From: a virus
Virus record (IMG/VR): IMGVR_UViG_3300049483_000112
Span: 3,464 to 67,463 of that record
DNA: 64,000 nucleotides
Reading direction: 5' to 3' (one strand)
Under the pieces are notes generated by a model. The model had not been told where the DNA came from and ran no database searches. It worked only from the letters and a program-made list of their open reading frames with translations. The position numbers were made by a program, and so were the translations under genes. Numbering within the stretch: position 1 is the first letter of the stretch; the number at the start of each line of letters is the position of its first letter. Of this stretch, positions 37,078-46,704 are shown piece after piece.

Positions 37078-37338
37078 CTATTGTGCCGTTTCGCCTTGTC
37101 GTTGTGGGGCTGCCTGCAGCGACGGGTTTTCGTGCGTCCCTCGGCGCAACTTGTGCCGATGCATTCGGAATCTCTGCTTCACGTGTGTGCTTGATCCGAT
37201 GTAGCGTTTTCCGTTGCGCTCATTAACGATTGCATAGAGCGCCGGGACTGCTCGGCTTCCGTCTGCTGCTCTTTTGCCAATGCCTGCTGTTGCATCCATT
37301 GCTGAAGCCCTGTTGTTGCGTCGCGCTGCTTGCGCCAA
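37078..37338 (-). pseudogene. Truncated GIY-YIG endonuclease overlapping terminase 3' end
   Basis: ALYAIVNERNGKRYIGSS..RFRMHRHKLRRGTHENPSLQAA, then an early stop. Confidence 0.7.
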
Positions 37339-38744
37339 GTGAAAAACTGTGTCATCGCGTCGATCTCATCATCGTCCCCGCCCTCTGCCCCGGTGAAGCG
37401 CGCTGCGGATGAGAGAAACGTCTCGATGCCGGGGTCAAGGCTCGGGTCTGGCAAGAATATATTCCCTGCCTCAAGCTCGGGCGTCATTGCATAGGCGCGC
37501 GAGGCTTTCCCACCCTCTGGGTTGATGCCAATGAGTGCGCCGAACGATGCGCTGAGACTGTCAATGACTGCGTCGCCATTTGCTTTTGCCTCAACGAGAC
37601 ACGCGACATAGTCGCCCCAACGAAACATGACAGAGCGCAACGCCTCAACCGTGGCGGTAAAGCTCAAGCGCTCCTTGATGCGGTGAATCAAGTACTTGTT
37701 CGCCCCTTTGTTCCCCCAAACATGGATGGCAACGAAGTCGCTCGTCTGCAGATTCTTGAACGTGCAGTCCACGCTGATCACGACCTCGTCGAATTCGGGC
37801 AGCGCCTTGTAGAACTTCCACTTGCTGCGATCGAAGATGTAGCCGCCCCGAGGGTCTGGCCGCTGCTGCAATTGCGCGTTGGTGTGATACGTGCCAAGCG
37901 CGTGCTCCATGTCGCTGACTGCGACCTCGCCAAGTCGATCGGGGAACAAGAGCTCGCCCTCGACTGTGCGCGGGTCCTTGAACCCGAGGATCGTCGTCTT
38001 GGTGTACTTCGCTTCGTAGCGCATGGGTAGGACAAGGTGTTCCCAGCCGCGCTCCTCGGCGAGCACGTAGCCGGTCGTGTCGCGCTCATTGAGGCGCTGA
38101 TGCACAAGCACGATCGCGTCGCGCTCCGGGTCGTTTGCGCGCGTGCTCACCACACCCTTCCACCACTCGACGCCGGCTGCGACCTCGACAGGGCTGTCTG
38201 CCTGCCGCGGGTTGATCGGGTCATCGATGATGCGTCGATTGCCGCCGAAACCTGTGCCGGCCGAGTCTGTCGACGTTGCAACGCGCGAGCCGCCTTTGTT
38301 GTTTTCGTATCGGGTCTTGACGTTCTGGTCACTCGACATCGCGAACAGGTGCCCGTAGGCAGCCTGGTATCGCGACGATTCGATGATCTTGCGCGATGCA
38401 ACAGCGTCACGCGTGGACAAGTCCTTGGCGTAGGACGCTGTCAGGTACTGCAATTGCGGCATGTGGATCCACTCCCACGCCGGCCATGCCTGGCTCACCA
38501 GCGTCGACTTCAACTGCCGGAACGGCATGTTGATCACGAGCTTTTTGATCTCGCCGCGGGTGATTGCCTCGAGGTGCTCGCAGATGGCGTGCACGTGCCA
38601 GTTGTCGCGATATTCGACGTTCGGCTGCAGCGCCGGCCAGGCGAACAGGATGAAGAATTCGTGAAAGCTTCTGCGCGCAGCCTCGCCGTCGAGCGCTATT
38701 GCCGTCGGGACTTTTGCGTTGAGCTCTGCAAAGTCAAGATCCAT
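37179..38744 (-). CDS. terL: Terminase large subunit
   Basis: LVINMPFRQLKS (variant Walker A), IIDDP, VHQRL, ISVDCTFK, VEAKANG, DDEIDAMTQ. Confidence 0.95.
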   Translation of the reverse strand: MDLDFAELNAKVPTAIALDGEAARRSFHEFFILFAWPALQPNVEYRDNWHVHAICEHLEAITRGEIKKLVINMPFRQLKSTLVSQAWPAWEWIHMPQLQYLTASYAKDLSTRDAVASRKIIESSRYQAAYGHLFAMSSDQNVKTRYENNKGGSRVATSTDSAGTGFGGNRRIIDDPINPRQADSPVEVAAGVEWWKGVVSTRANDPERDAIVLVHQRLNERDTTGYVLAEERGWEHLVLPMRYEAKYTKTTILGFKDPRTVEGELLFPDRLGEVAVSDMEHALGTYHTNAQLQQRPDPRGGYIFDRSKWKFYKALPEFDEVVISVDCTFKNLQTSDFVAIHVWGNKGANKYLIHRIKERLSFTATVEALRSVMFRWGDYVACLVEAKANGDAVIDSLSASFGALIGINPEGGKASRAYAMTPELEAGNIFLPDPSLDPGIETFLSSAARFTGAEGGDDDEIDAMTQFFTWRKQRDATTGLQQWMQQQALAKEQQTEAEQSRRSMQSLMSATENATSDQAHT

Positions 38745-38949
38745 GCTGCGCACGATACTCGCGCACGGCAACGACGAGGTCGCCCCACTCTTGGGGCGGC
38801 GGGGTTAGGTTGCCACTATCCACCAGCCGGCACGCGGCGCGCACTACGGCGTCCATCTTGAGCGCCGTTTCCCGAGCAGCGTTGGCGATGCGGATCTGAC
38901 CTTGTAGCGCTTGCGCGGCCTGGTGCGCTGCTTCGTCGGCTCGATTCAT
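38734..38949 (-). CDS. Hypothetical protein
   Basis: Coupled ORF starting MNRADEAA. Confidence 0.5.
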   Translation of the reverse strand: MNRADEAAHQAAQALQGQIRIANAARETALKMDAVVRAACRLVDSGNLTPPPQEWGDLVVAVREYRAQHGS

Positions 38950-39140
38950 GGCTTGCCCCCTACGCATTGCCAATACCACGTCCTCTTTGTGTCGGCCGCT
39001 GAAGGCACCATTGCGCCGCCGCGCATGTTGCACTGCTCAAGCGCGGCCTTTGGCGGCCTGATCGGGTCGCTCTTGAACGCCAGCAAGATCAGCCCGATGC
39101 AGATCATCGCAAACGCTGCGTAGATGAGGTAGCGGATCAC
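38946..39140 (-). CDS. Small membrane-anchored protein
   Basis: GTGA-coupled start, N-terminal hydrophobic helix, C-terminal Cys pair. Confidence 0.5.
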   Translation of the reverse strand: MIRYLIYAAFAMICIGLILLAFKSDPIRPPKAALEQCNMRGGAMVPSAADTKRTWYWQCVGGKP

Positions 39141-39601
39141 GCCTTGGGCCTCAAGATGTCCATCACCTGCTCGGGCAGGGAGCGCTCGCCGCCCCCGTGG
39201 CGGGCCAGAATTTCGCCGCACAGCCGCCTGGCCGCCTCATTCCCGCGGCCCTTGCCACCCTTCATGGCAATGACCACCTTGTCGCCATCGACCCGTACCC
39301 CCCTCATCGCCATCTTCTGCTGCGTAGTGAATTCGTCATCGCGAAGGCGCTGGGCAGCCGAATAACTCACTGCGTTTGCGCGCTCGGACTGGATTTTCTG
39401 CTGCTCCTCAAGCATTTGCTCGCGCAACATTGCGACGACGACGATCTCCACCAGTTCGCCCACGCCATAGAACGATAGGCTTTCCAACTGGAAAAGAGCG
39501 TCTGCAGCGGCTTTCTTCATTGCCGGCGTAGGGTAGGCAGGGTCCGCCCCTTTTGGCCCAACCTGGGCCCGCCTGGCAATGCTGGCGGCCTTTTCAGTCA
39601 T
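39137..39601 (-). CDS. Hypothetical protein
   Basis: 154-aa ORF in operon. Confidence 0.55.
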   Translation of the reverse strand: MTEKAASIARRAQVGPKGADPAYPTPAMKKAAADALFQLESLSFYGVGELVEIVVVAMLREQMLEEQQKIQSERANAVSYSAAQRLRDDEFTTQQKMAMRGVRVDGDKVVIAMKGGKGRGNEAARRLCGEILARHGGGERSLPEQVMDILRPKA

Positions 39602-39710
39602 GGTCGCCCCTGCGCCTCTTGTCCTGCTTGCGCCAGTCGAGGATGGCGACCACCACGACGATCAGCAGGCCGACCAGACCGGCGCCCGCCAACACTTCCA
39701 GTGCTTGCAT
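39594..39710 (-). CDS. 38-aa membrane peptide
   Basis: Manual translation MQALEVLAGAGLVGLLIVVVVAILDWRKQDKRRRGDHD, with GGAG RBS. Confidence 0.5.
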   Translation of the reverse strand: MQALEVLAGAGLVGLLIVVVVAILDWRKQDKRRRGDHD

Positions 39711-39721
39711 GTCGATCTCCG

Positions 39722-40207
39722 TCAAGCTTCGTCCTTCGTGCCGGATGCGATCCGGTCGAGGATCTGGCGCACCCCGCGCAGCCGGGCGATCTCCTCGTCG
39801 TCGAGGCGCTGCAGGTCAGGCGCCTGCGACTGCACGTAGAGGTTCTGGTTGATCACTGCCGGCGTGCCCTGGACGTGTCCAGAGACAACGCCAACCTGTT
39901 TCTCTGCTGCGACCGCTGCCCCGTACTGGCCATCTTGCGTGGCCAGGTTGCGCAAGTGTTCGAGGTTTGCGATGTGCTCTTGCAGGGTCAGGGCGCCGCG
40001 TTCTTGCACGACCTTCCCCAGTTCCCAGATCCTTGCCGCCACATTGGGAATTTTCAGGATCCGGCACCCCTGTTCGTTAATCGACTTCGGGGTCATGTCC
40101 AGCGAGTACCCCGCCGCTCGGTAGGCGTCGCTCGCATTGCGGCACTTCGCATAGGCGACTGCGAATGCCTCTTGCCTTGCTGTCAGATGATGTCTTGGTG
40201 CGCCCAT
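39722..40207 (-). CDS. terS: Terminase small subunit
   Basis: LTARQEAFAVAY..NASDAYRAAGYS..ILKIPNV. Confidence 0.88.
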   Translation of the reverse strand: MGAPRHHLTARQEAFAVAYAKCRNASDAYRAAGYSLDMTPKSINEQGCRILKIPNVAARIWELGKVVQERGALTLQEHIANLEHLRNLATQDGQYGAAVAAEKQVGVVSGHVQGTPAVINQNLYVQSQAPDLQRLDDEEIARLRGVRQILDRIASGTKDEA

Positions 40208-40355
40208 GATCAGAAACGGGGCGACGGCGCAAGCGAGTGCAGCATCTCTGCTTCAGCCAGAGCTACCTTGCGCAGCGCCCTGGCCCTTTGACTCCGTCCC
40301 GTGCTGAGTATCACGGTTAGCCCCTGGGGGTGTATGGGGTGCAGTATGCCACCTG

Positions 40356-40811
40356 TCAAGGCGCCTTCGGCGGTGGTGCTACCGATTCCCGATCATTGCC
40401 CGTCGGCTGATATCCGGGGCCGCACGCGGCGAGGTAAGGCCCAGCGGAACACGGTCGAAGCTCGGCTTTGAGCAATGCGTTCTCGTCTTCTAGTTCTTTC
40501 AATCTCTTGCGATGGCCGTTGCCCTGAATGAATGCGTCGTCGCAAACTTCTTGGTAGCGTTGCTTGAACTTCTGAACATCTACTCGCATCGCCTCGACCT
40601 CAGCGTCACGGGCTTGCCAAGCATCCCACGCCGCGGTGTCTGGGAAGTCCTCATAGACTCGCCCCCGACGTTCCCACCATTCATCGAATGCTTCTCTGCT
40701 CATGGTCATCCTTTCGCTGCTGCTAGGACTGCGTATCGTGGCACCTAACGGGTGCCGGTCGGCGTGCTGACTTGGGCCGTGCCCACCCTGCACACGCTTC
40801 GGGAGCAGCAA
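40356..40811 (-). CDS. Hypothetical phage protein (true start probably MTMSREAF)
   Basis: REAFDEWW..AAWDAWQAR. Confidence 0.55.
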   Translation of the reverse strand: MLLPKRVQGGHGPSQHADRHPLGATIRSPSSSERMTMSREAFDEWWERRGRVYEDFPDTAAWDAWQARDAEVEAMRVDVQKFKQRYQEVCDDAFIQGNGHRKRLKELEDENALLKAELRPCSAGPYLAACGPGYQPTGNDRESVAPPPKAP

Positions 40812-40819
40812 TTATGCGC

Positions 40820-41002
40820 CTACCCCTTAGTCTGGGTCAACCCGTTTTTTCGCGCGCGCCGCTCCTGCTTCCACCGATCCTCGATTGCCGCCCCTGACCG
40901 CTGATCGAACCCTGCCACTCGCATCGCGCGCTTGGCCTGCTCCCTTGTCTGTGCCGCGCGCACGATCTCGAGCTCTTCCTTCGACCACGGTTGTCGCTGC
41001 AT
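40820..41002 (-). CDS. Small HTH-like protein
   Basis: WSKEELEIV..RSGAAIEDRW pattern. Confidence 0.5.
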   Translation of the reverse strand: MQRQPWSKEELEIVRAAQTREQAKRAMRVAGFDQRSGAAIEDRWKQERRARKNGLTQTKG

Positions 41003-41197
41003 CGCATCCCCTCGGCAATGGAACTTCCAACAGGTCGCCGCCCGCCTGCAGGTAGTCGTAGCGCAGATGGAACAGCCGAATGCGCAACAGGCACCGAGCG
41101 ATCGGGCTGGCCGTCATGCTGAAGGCTTGTGCAACGTCGGCGTACTCGGCGCGCACGCGACCCTTGGCCCGCTTCGCTGCTGTGCCTGGCGTCATGA

Positions 41198-41710
41198 TCA
41201 TGCGAACTCCGCGAGCGCGTAATTCGCGATCAGCAACGCCTCGGCTCGGTTGTGGTGCTTGGCGAGCTTGAGACTTTCGAGCGCGCCTGGGAACAGGCGC
41301 CTTGCGCACACCAGCCCGGCGTGCTTGTCGCTCGTGAGCCCGTAGCGCTTTTTCCATCGCTGAGCGTCGACCCACTCGCACCGATAGCCGCAAGCAGTGA
41401 TGACACCCTCGATCACGCCGCGGCTGTGCGCCAACGATGCGATCGCGCTTCCGCCCGCAAGGCCCGGCGCAAGGAATCGAACGTCCTCGACGGCGAAGGT
41501 GATCGGCTCACCCAGCCCCCACCGCTGACGAATGTCGCTCAGCATGAGCATCAGAGCCCGGCCGTCGACTTTTCGGTGCTTGCGCTTGGTGTTGCCCTTG
41601 ACTGCCATCGTCGGCAGATCCTGCACCTCGACTCGCCTGCTGTCGTCGATGTTGTGGTCGATCACTGCGAGCGCGCCTGTCGTGCCTGGGTCAATGCCGA
41701 TGATGATCAC
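41198..41710 (-). CDS. RuvC-like Holliday junction resolvase
   Basis: IIGIDPGTTGA, VEDV, AQRWKK, HNRAEALLIA. Confidence 0.85.
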   Translation of the reverse strand: MIIIGIDPGTTGALAVIDHNIDDSRRVEVQDLPTMAVKGNTKRKHRKVDGRALMLMLSDIRQRWGLGEPITFAVEDVRFLAPGLAGGSAIASLAHSRGVIEGVITACGYRCEWVDAQRWKKRYGLTSDKHAGLVCARRLFPGALESLKLAKHHNRAEALLIANYALAEFA

Positions 41711-43473
41711 AACACGACCCTTGCTTGGCTTGAATACTCAACGAAGGCTGTTGGCTTACGCGCCGACGACCTACAAAACTGTTGCGATGCGACGTTGAAG
41801 TACAGCCAGAATTTTCTGTGCTGCACGTCACCATTTCTCTGCTTGTGAAGCTCGAGCAGCGCGTCGGGTTTTTCGTCGTCGGCCTCGTCCTCTTTGCGGG
41901 CCGACCACACGCTGAACACATTGTCTGCTGCGTCTGTGATCTTCCCGCTGCCTGCCACGTCCATTTTTCCAGGTGCCGCCCCCTCATCGCGAGGCTTTCT
42001 TGGGTGTGCCACCAAGTGCACGTGAGCGTTGTGTGTCTTTGCGAAGTCGGTCAGTTGCTGCATCGCTTTCTTCTGTTGCGTCAACGCGCCTGGCCCATCC
42101 TCTGGGACGTCCGTCATCATCAGCGAGTCAATCACGAACTGCGTTACCCCGTATCGTTTCGCTGCGTATGAGAACACCTCACTCAACCTCGCGATCGTCG
42201 ATGTGCCAGTGATTTTGATCAGCCAGTACTTGTCATGCACCCACTCCCCAATGGCGTCGATGTATGCCGGGGTCGGCATGTCTGTTCCGGACGCCTGCTT
42301 GACAAGTCGCTTGGCCTGCGTGCCTGGGGACATCTCGCCCGAGAACACGCACACAAGCTCGCCTTGACTCATCAGGCCAAGTTGCACTTGGTTGAGCATG
42401 AGGCTTTTCCCGTGGCCATTGATGCCGGTCCAGATGCTCACCTCGCCAGGCCTGAACTCCACGCATGCTTCGTATCGCTCACCAAGCAGCAGCATCGGCA
42501 GTCGCTTTGACTCCGGGGCCGGGTAAAGCATGCTCTTCACTTCGCCAAAAAATGTGGCGATGCTCACCAACTCGTCTGGGTCTTTTGTCTTCGCCGCCTT
42601 CAGTGCCGCGTGAAAGTCTTCACCGCTCGCCCCGTCCTGCAGCCATTGGTTCGCGTCCTTCGCTCCGAATTGCACAACCTTGCAGCGCTCGATGCCGAGT
42701 CTGTTTGCTACTTCGCCAGCCCCCTTTCGACCAGCCTCGTCATCATCGAAGCACAGCCAGATTTCGCTGAAGCGCTCAAGCCGTTCCCAATCGTTTTCAA
42801 CCCACTGATGATTCCCGGCGCCGGCATTCACCGACAGCGCTGGGATCTTGAACTGGTGCAGCGTCATCGCATCGATCTCGCCTTCGCAGATTGCGATGCT
42901 GCGCACGTTCGGTCCGATGAGGTGCCAGCCGAATAAGCATGGCTCAGCGCCTGCCTCTTGCCGCATGTCGCGCTTGGTTTTGGTGTCGCGATACTTGACG
43001 TTGATGAGCTTGCCATCACGGAAGTACGGAAAGGCCGCTTTCCCTGCAACCTCTCGCACCTTGAAGTCCGCGATGGTCTGCTCGTTCAACCCGCGCGACA
43101 TCAGCCACGCCTTCACCGATTCACCGCTTGAGGTTTGCTTCGGCACCTCTGGTCGCTTGTACTCGCGGTGCTGCTCGCGGCGCGGCATCTCACTGATGCC
43201 CAGGTAGGACCGAGCTTCTGTCAGCGCTTCTGCAATGCTGATCGAATGAACGCTAGCCCAAAGATCGAGAAGGTCGCCACCCTCGTCGGCCGCGAAGTCG
43301 CGCCACAACCCCTTCTTCGCCCCGCTGAGTCTCACCGACAGCGATGCGCCCTCTTCGCCGGCAACGCTGCCAGCCTTCCATTCCCCGCTCATGCGCTTGC
43401 CGTTCGGCAGTAGGTGCTGCGCCACATCTGCGGCGCGATCAGCAAGCCGCTGGGCGACATCGTGGGCATTCAT
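41707..43473 (-). CDS. Primase-helicase (Toprim + SF4, T7 gp4/Twinkle-like)
   Basis: ICEGEIDAM, CFDDDEAG, GINGHGKS, VIDSL, LVAHPRK, KQRNG. Confidence 0.92.
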   Translation of the reverse strand: MNAHDVAQRLADRAADVAQHLLPNGKRMSGEWKAGSVAGEEGASLSVRLSGAKKGLWRDFAADEGGDLLDLWASVHSISIAEALTEARSYLGISEMPRREQHREYKRPEVPKQTSSGESVKAWLMSRGLNEQTIADFKVREVAGKAAFPYFRDGKLINVKYRDTKTKRDMRQEAGAEPCLFGWHLIGPNVRSIAICEGEIDAMTLHQFKIPALSVNAGAGNHQWVENDWERLERFSEIWLCFDDDEAGRKGAGEVANRLGIERCKVVQFGAKDANQWLQDGASGEDFHAALKAAKTKDPDELVSIATFFGEVKSMLYPAPESKRLPMLLLGERYEACVEFRPGEVSIWTGINGHGKSLMLNQVQLGLMSQGELVCVFSGEMSPGTQAKRLVKQASGTDMPTPAYIDAIGEWVHDKYWLIKITGTSTIARLSEVFSYAAKRYGVTQFVIDSLMMTDVPEDGPGALTQQKKAMQQLTDFAKTHNAHVHLVAHPRKPRDEGAAPGKMDVAGSGKITDAADNVFSVWSARKEDEADDEKPDALLELHKQRNGDVQHRKFWLYFNVASQQFCRSSARKPTAFVEYSSQARVVL

Positions 43474-44360
43474 GCCGTGACCTTTTTCCCATTGGCGAAC
43501 GACTTGAAATTCTTGGCGCTACAGCCTTCGTTCTCGGCCTCAAACCGCGTCTTGAATCCTGCCTCGATTGCCCACGCCGGCTTTGCGTCATCCAACAGGC
43601 TGCCCTGCGCCGGCTTTTGCGACGGGGATCTTTCTGCTGCCTGCAAGACCCAGTTCACCCAAGTCCGATTCCAATCGAGCTTGACGGCATCTTTCCCCGC
43701 CTTGGCCGCCCAGAAGTTGGAAAACTTCTCAAGCTCGACACCTGCTCGGTCACCGAGCAACGCTTTCGCCCTAGCAAGTCCGGCCTCATTCGGATTCCAG
43801 GGTGAAGGCAAACGAGTTCCGCGTTTTGTTGGACCCGGCGCAGCCTGCGTCGGGCTACTACTCTCAACTCTAGTTCTTTCTCTTAATTCAGGTTCAGGTT
43901 CAGGTTCAGGCGGTTGGCCAACAGTTGAAAACCGTGACTCACCGTTTGATTTGATGTTATGTCGTTGATTATTCGGGCTTTTTTCTTTTGTTGACAATCT
44001 CAGAAGTTCGTCAACCTTCAGAAGCGCATCTGGGTCGTCCGCAAGCAAGGATCGCTCGGGAAGTGGGTGCTTGGCGCGCTTTATTTGGAGCCGCTGGCCG
44101 AATTTAGGGATAAACCCCAGTTGCCTCCGCCCGACTTGGTATGTACGGATCAGGTCCACATCGATCAGTTGCTGAACGAGTTTTTCTGCGTGCTCGCGCT
44201 TCAGGTCGGCGATCCGAGCAAGCCTGAATGGCGTTGCCTCAAAGAGGCCTAGATCGTCTGCAGACAGGATAATGGTGACGTACAGCCACCGTGCCTCAAC
44301 CGTCACGGAAAGGACGGCTTCTGAGTCGAGCAGCCCGTCCCTAATCAGTCGTTGCGGCAT
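43470..44360 (-). CDS. Replication initiator-like protein
   Basis: PQRLIRDGLLDSE..ARWLYV..ADDLG; C-terminal RGTRLP..KFSNFW..KLDWNRTWVNW; upstream of helicase. Confidence 0.75.
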   Translation of the reverse strand: MPQRLIRDGLLDSEAVLSVTVEARWLYVTIILSADDLGLFEATPFRLARIADLKREHAEKLVQQLIDVDLIRTYQVGRRQLGFIPKFGQRLQIKRAKHPLPERSLLADDPDALLKVDELLRLSTKEKSPNNQRHNIKSNGESRFSTVGQPPEPEPEPELRERTRVESSSPTQAAPGPTKRGTRLPSPWNPNEAGLARAKALLGDRAGVELEKFSNFWAAKAGKDAVKLDWNRTWVNWVLQAAERSPSQKPAQGSLLDDAKPAWAIEAGFKTRFEAENEGCSAKNFKSFANGKKVTA

Positions 44361-44608
44361 GCGCGCCCCCGCTCTTCTTTTTCGTACTCCATCACCCAGC
44401 GCGCGCGGGAGACTGATCTCAACCGCAGTGCAAGCCAACACAGGCGCAGCAACCGCATCGCTCGACTCCAAAAGCAGACGCCCAGTCGGCTGCGCACGCG
44501 AGTGTCGGCTCGCCCGGTTGCCCGGTGATGCGCATGCGACTGGGCGTCGATGCAATGACGGTGCTGCCGACACAGCCCGAAGTGGCGATTATGCCACTGG
44601 GAAAGCAA

Positions 44609-44824
44609 CTATAGGCTTTTCAGGTGTCGTTTTGGCAGCAAGAATTCTGCGAGCCGCTGCACCTTGTCGTACGCGATGTCGTGCCCGCTGTCGCCGTTGC
44701 GCAGCCTGCGCAGCGTGTCGTAGGAGACGCCGCAGGCCTTCTCGATCGCCGACAGGCTGCGGTCAGGCCGGAGCAGTTCGGCGCGCACCTGCTCTTTGAG
44801 GTTCGGGACTTTCATGGCCGGCAC
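44609..44824 (-). CDS. Cro-like HTH regulator
   Basis: LSAIEKACGVSYDTLRRLRNG..YDKVQRL. Confidence 0.8.
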   Translation of the reverse strand: MPAMKVPNLKEQVRAELLRPDRSLSAIEKACGVSYDTLRRLRNGDSGHDIAYDKVQRLAEFLLPKRHLKSL

Positions 44825-44861
44825 GATACACGCAAAAGTGCATGCGCGTCAAACCCCCCCC

Positions 44862-45143
44862 TTACTCGTCGCGCTCTTCGCGCACGCGATCAGCCCGCTC
44901 GTCTGCGCGGATCTCCTGTTCCTTCTCGGCGTCGAAGAAACCCGACAACGCAGCCTCGCGGTGCGCATCGAACTCGTTGCCGTCCGGCACGCGCGGCCAG
45001 CCGTTGTAGCCGCGTTCGTACTCAAGCGCCGCGGTCGCCGACTTGTACTCGCGACGGCGGCCGACGCGCGCGCGGTACACGGTCGCGCTCTCGATGATCG
45101 TCGCGCTGTTGGCGATCGTGTGCAGCAGTTGGTCTAGGTTCAT
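44862..45143 (-). CDS. Hypothetical protein
   Basis: ORF with RBS, coupled to the upstream ORF. Confidence 0.55.
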   Translation of the reverse strand: MNLDQLLHTIANSATIIESATVYRARVGRRREYKSATAALEYERGYNGWPRVPDGNEFDAHREAALSGFFDAEKEQEIRADERADRVREERDE

Positions 45144-45144
45144 T

Positions 45145-45399
45145 TCATTCCCCTTTCTTGGATGTGCAGCGGAAGGCCAGCGCGCACGCTTGCGCGACCG
45201 GCAACTTCACGAACTTCTCTCGGTTCACGTCGTTCAGCGCGTCCCACACCTGGCTGACCACGCTTGCAGACCACAAGTCCACGAAGCACTCGTTCACCTT
45301 CGCGCCCTGCTTCTCGTCAACGATGCGCTTGATGCGCTCGATGCCCGCCTGACCGATCGGGCTGGTTCGCACAGCCCACCTCATTTCACGCTTGGTCAT
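45145..45399 (-). CDS. Hypothetical protein
   Basis: AGGAGG RBS; first gene of the leftward unit. Confidence 0.6.
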   Translation of the reverse strand: MTKREMRWAVRTSPIGQAGIERIKRIVDEKQGAKVNECFVDLWSASVVSQVWDALNDVNREKFVKLPVAQACALAFRCTSKKGE

Positions 45400-45419
45400 A
45401 AACCCTCCTTGTCAAGCCG

Positions 45420-45487
45420 ATTGTCTCACATCTGCGCCGCCAATTGTTGATCCCCGTCAGCACTTCTGCGCACATCTGTGGCACAAT
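45420..45487. promoter_or_regulatory. Divergent early promoters
   Basis: Minus strand GCGCAGATGTGAGACAAT (45420-45437) and plus strand GCACATCTGTGGCACAAT (45470-45487) at the strand switch. Confidence 0.5.
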
Positions 45488-45517
45488 GGAGGTGTTGAAA
45501 ATGAACAGGAGGACGGA

Positions 45518-45808
45518 ATGAGTGCTGTAGTCAAACTGAGCGACCGGGCCCTGGCCGCACAAGTCGACCGCTTGGGCGAACTGAACGGGCAAATCGCTGC
45601 GCTGAAGAAGCGCGCGGATGAGTGCAAGGATCGCTTGATCGAGTCCGGCTATGCAGAGATCGAAGGCAAGAAGTACCGTGCCTCGATCGTGCTGCGCGAG
45701 TCGGTCAGGCTCGACCAGAAGATCGTGCGCGGGTTCCTGAGCCCGGCCGAGATTGCTGCTGCCTCGCGGGTCGTCGAGTCGGTCAGCGTCTGCTTATACG
45801 ACCTGTAG
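45518..45808 (+). CDS. Hypothetical early protein
   Basis: AGGAGG RBS; VDRLGELNGQIAALKK coiled coil. Confidence 0.65.
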   Translation: MSAVVKLSDRALAAQVDRLGELNGQIAALKKRADECKDRLIESGYAEIEGKKYRASIVLRESVRLDQKIVRGFLSPAEIAAASRVVESVSVCLYDL

Positions 45809-45962
45809 AGGAAAGCATGTTCAACGGTTATTTCATCAACGCGGCCCGCCGGGCGTTCGTGGCGCTGCACCCGCACTGGGGGTGCCGCATGCTGGCCTAC
45901 ACGGCAGCCGAGCGCGCCGAGGAGCATGACTTCATGGCCGCCTACATGGCAGGGGGTGAACT

Positions 45963-46346
45963 GTGAACAGCAAGCAAGCAATCGCGAAACTGCGCAAAGC
46001 GCTCGGCCCCAAGTTCGCCTACCGCATTGACCAGTTCGCGCTCGGCGCAGAAGAGCGCGCAGAGAAGCGCGAGCAGTGGCAACTGCTGAAGCGCATCGCC
46101 GACGAGGCCGTTGCCGCCCGCAAGGCGCGGTATGCCGAGATCCTCAAGGATCCGGTCTACCTCGACCTGCACGCGAAGGCGCTGATGGCCACCGAGGCGG
46201 CCGAGATTGCGGCCCGCGGGCTCAACGCCAAGCGGGTAACCGTTGGGCGCGACATCGGGTGGGCATTCTCGGTCGTGGCCGACGGCAACAACTGGTCCGA
46301 AGTCGTCGAGAAAGTCTGTAGCCCGCAGATTTGCGTTGACACGTAA
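45963..46346 (+). CDS. Hypothetical protein
   Basis: GTGA-coupled ORF. Confidence 0.6.
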   Translation: MNSKQAIAKLRKALGPKFAYRIDQFALGAEERAEKREQWQLLKRIADEAVAARKARYAEILKDPVYLDLHAKALMATEAAEIAARGLNAKRVTVGRDIGWAFSVVADGNNWSEVVEKVCSPQICVDT

Positions 46347-46365
46347 TGCGCAGATATGAGAAAAT
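46336..46365 (+). promoter_or_regulatory. Sigma70-like promoter
   Basis: TTGACA-18 nt-GAAAAT; contains GCGCAGATATGAGAAAAT, which resembles the 45420 motif. Confidence 0.55.
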
Positions 46366-46401
46366 CTACTTGAAGACAGAGCAACAACTAGGAGGTTCCA
46401 A

Positions 46402-46623
46402 ATGATCCGTTCCCAAGCCCATCTCAGCCAATCGGCCGGGCAGTTATTGCCGGCCCAACATGCAGCCCAAGCGTGGCACGACCTGGCCGACGAGCAAGAC
46501 GACTGGCTCGACGTAGCCCCCTGCGAAGCGTGCGCTGGCGACGCGCAACCGATCGGTTCCCTCGGCTCGCTGCAGCACTACCGCTGCGTGTGCTGCGGCT
46601 GGACCTTCGCTCAGCGCAAGTAG
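46402..46623 (+). CDS. Small Zn-ribbon protein
   Basis: CEAC..YRCVCCGW; AGGAGG RBS. Confidence 0.6.
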   Translation: MIRSQAHLSQSAGQLLPAQHAAQAWHDLADEQDDWLDVAPCEACAGDAQPIGSLGSLQHYRCVCCGWTFAQRK

Positions 46624-46704
46624 GAGCGCAGCGGCAAGGGCAACCAGCCTTTGCCGGTGCATTTCGCGCCCCCGCAGCAGCGGGTCAACCACTAGGAGAT
46701 TTTC

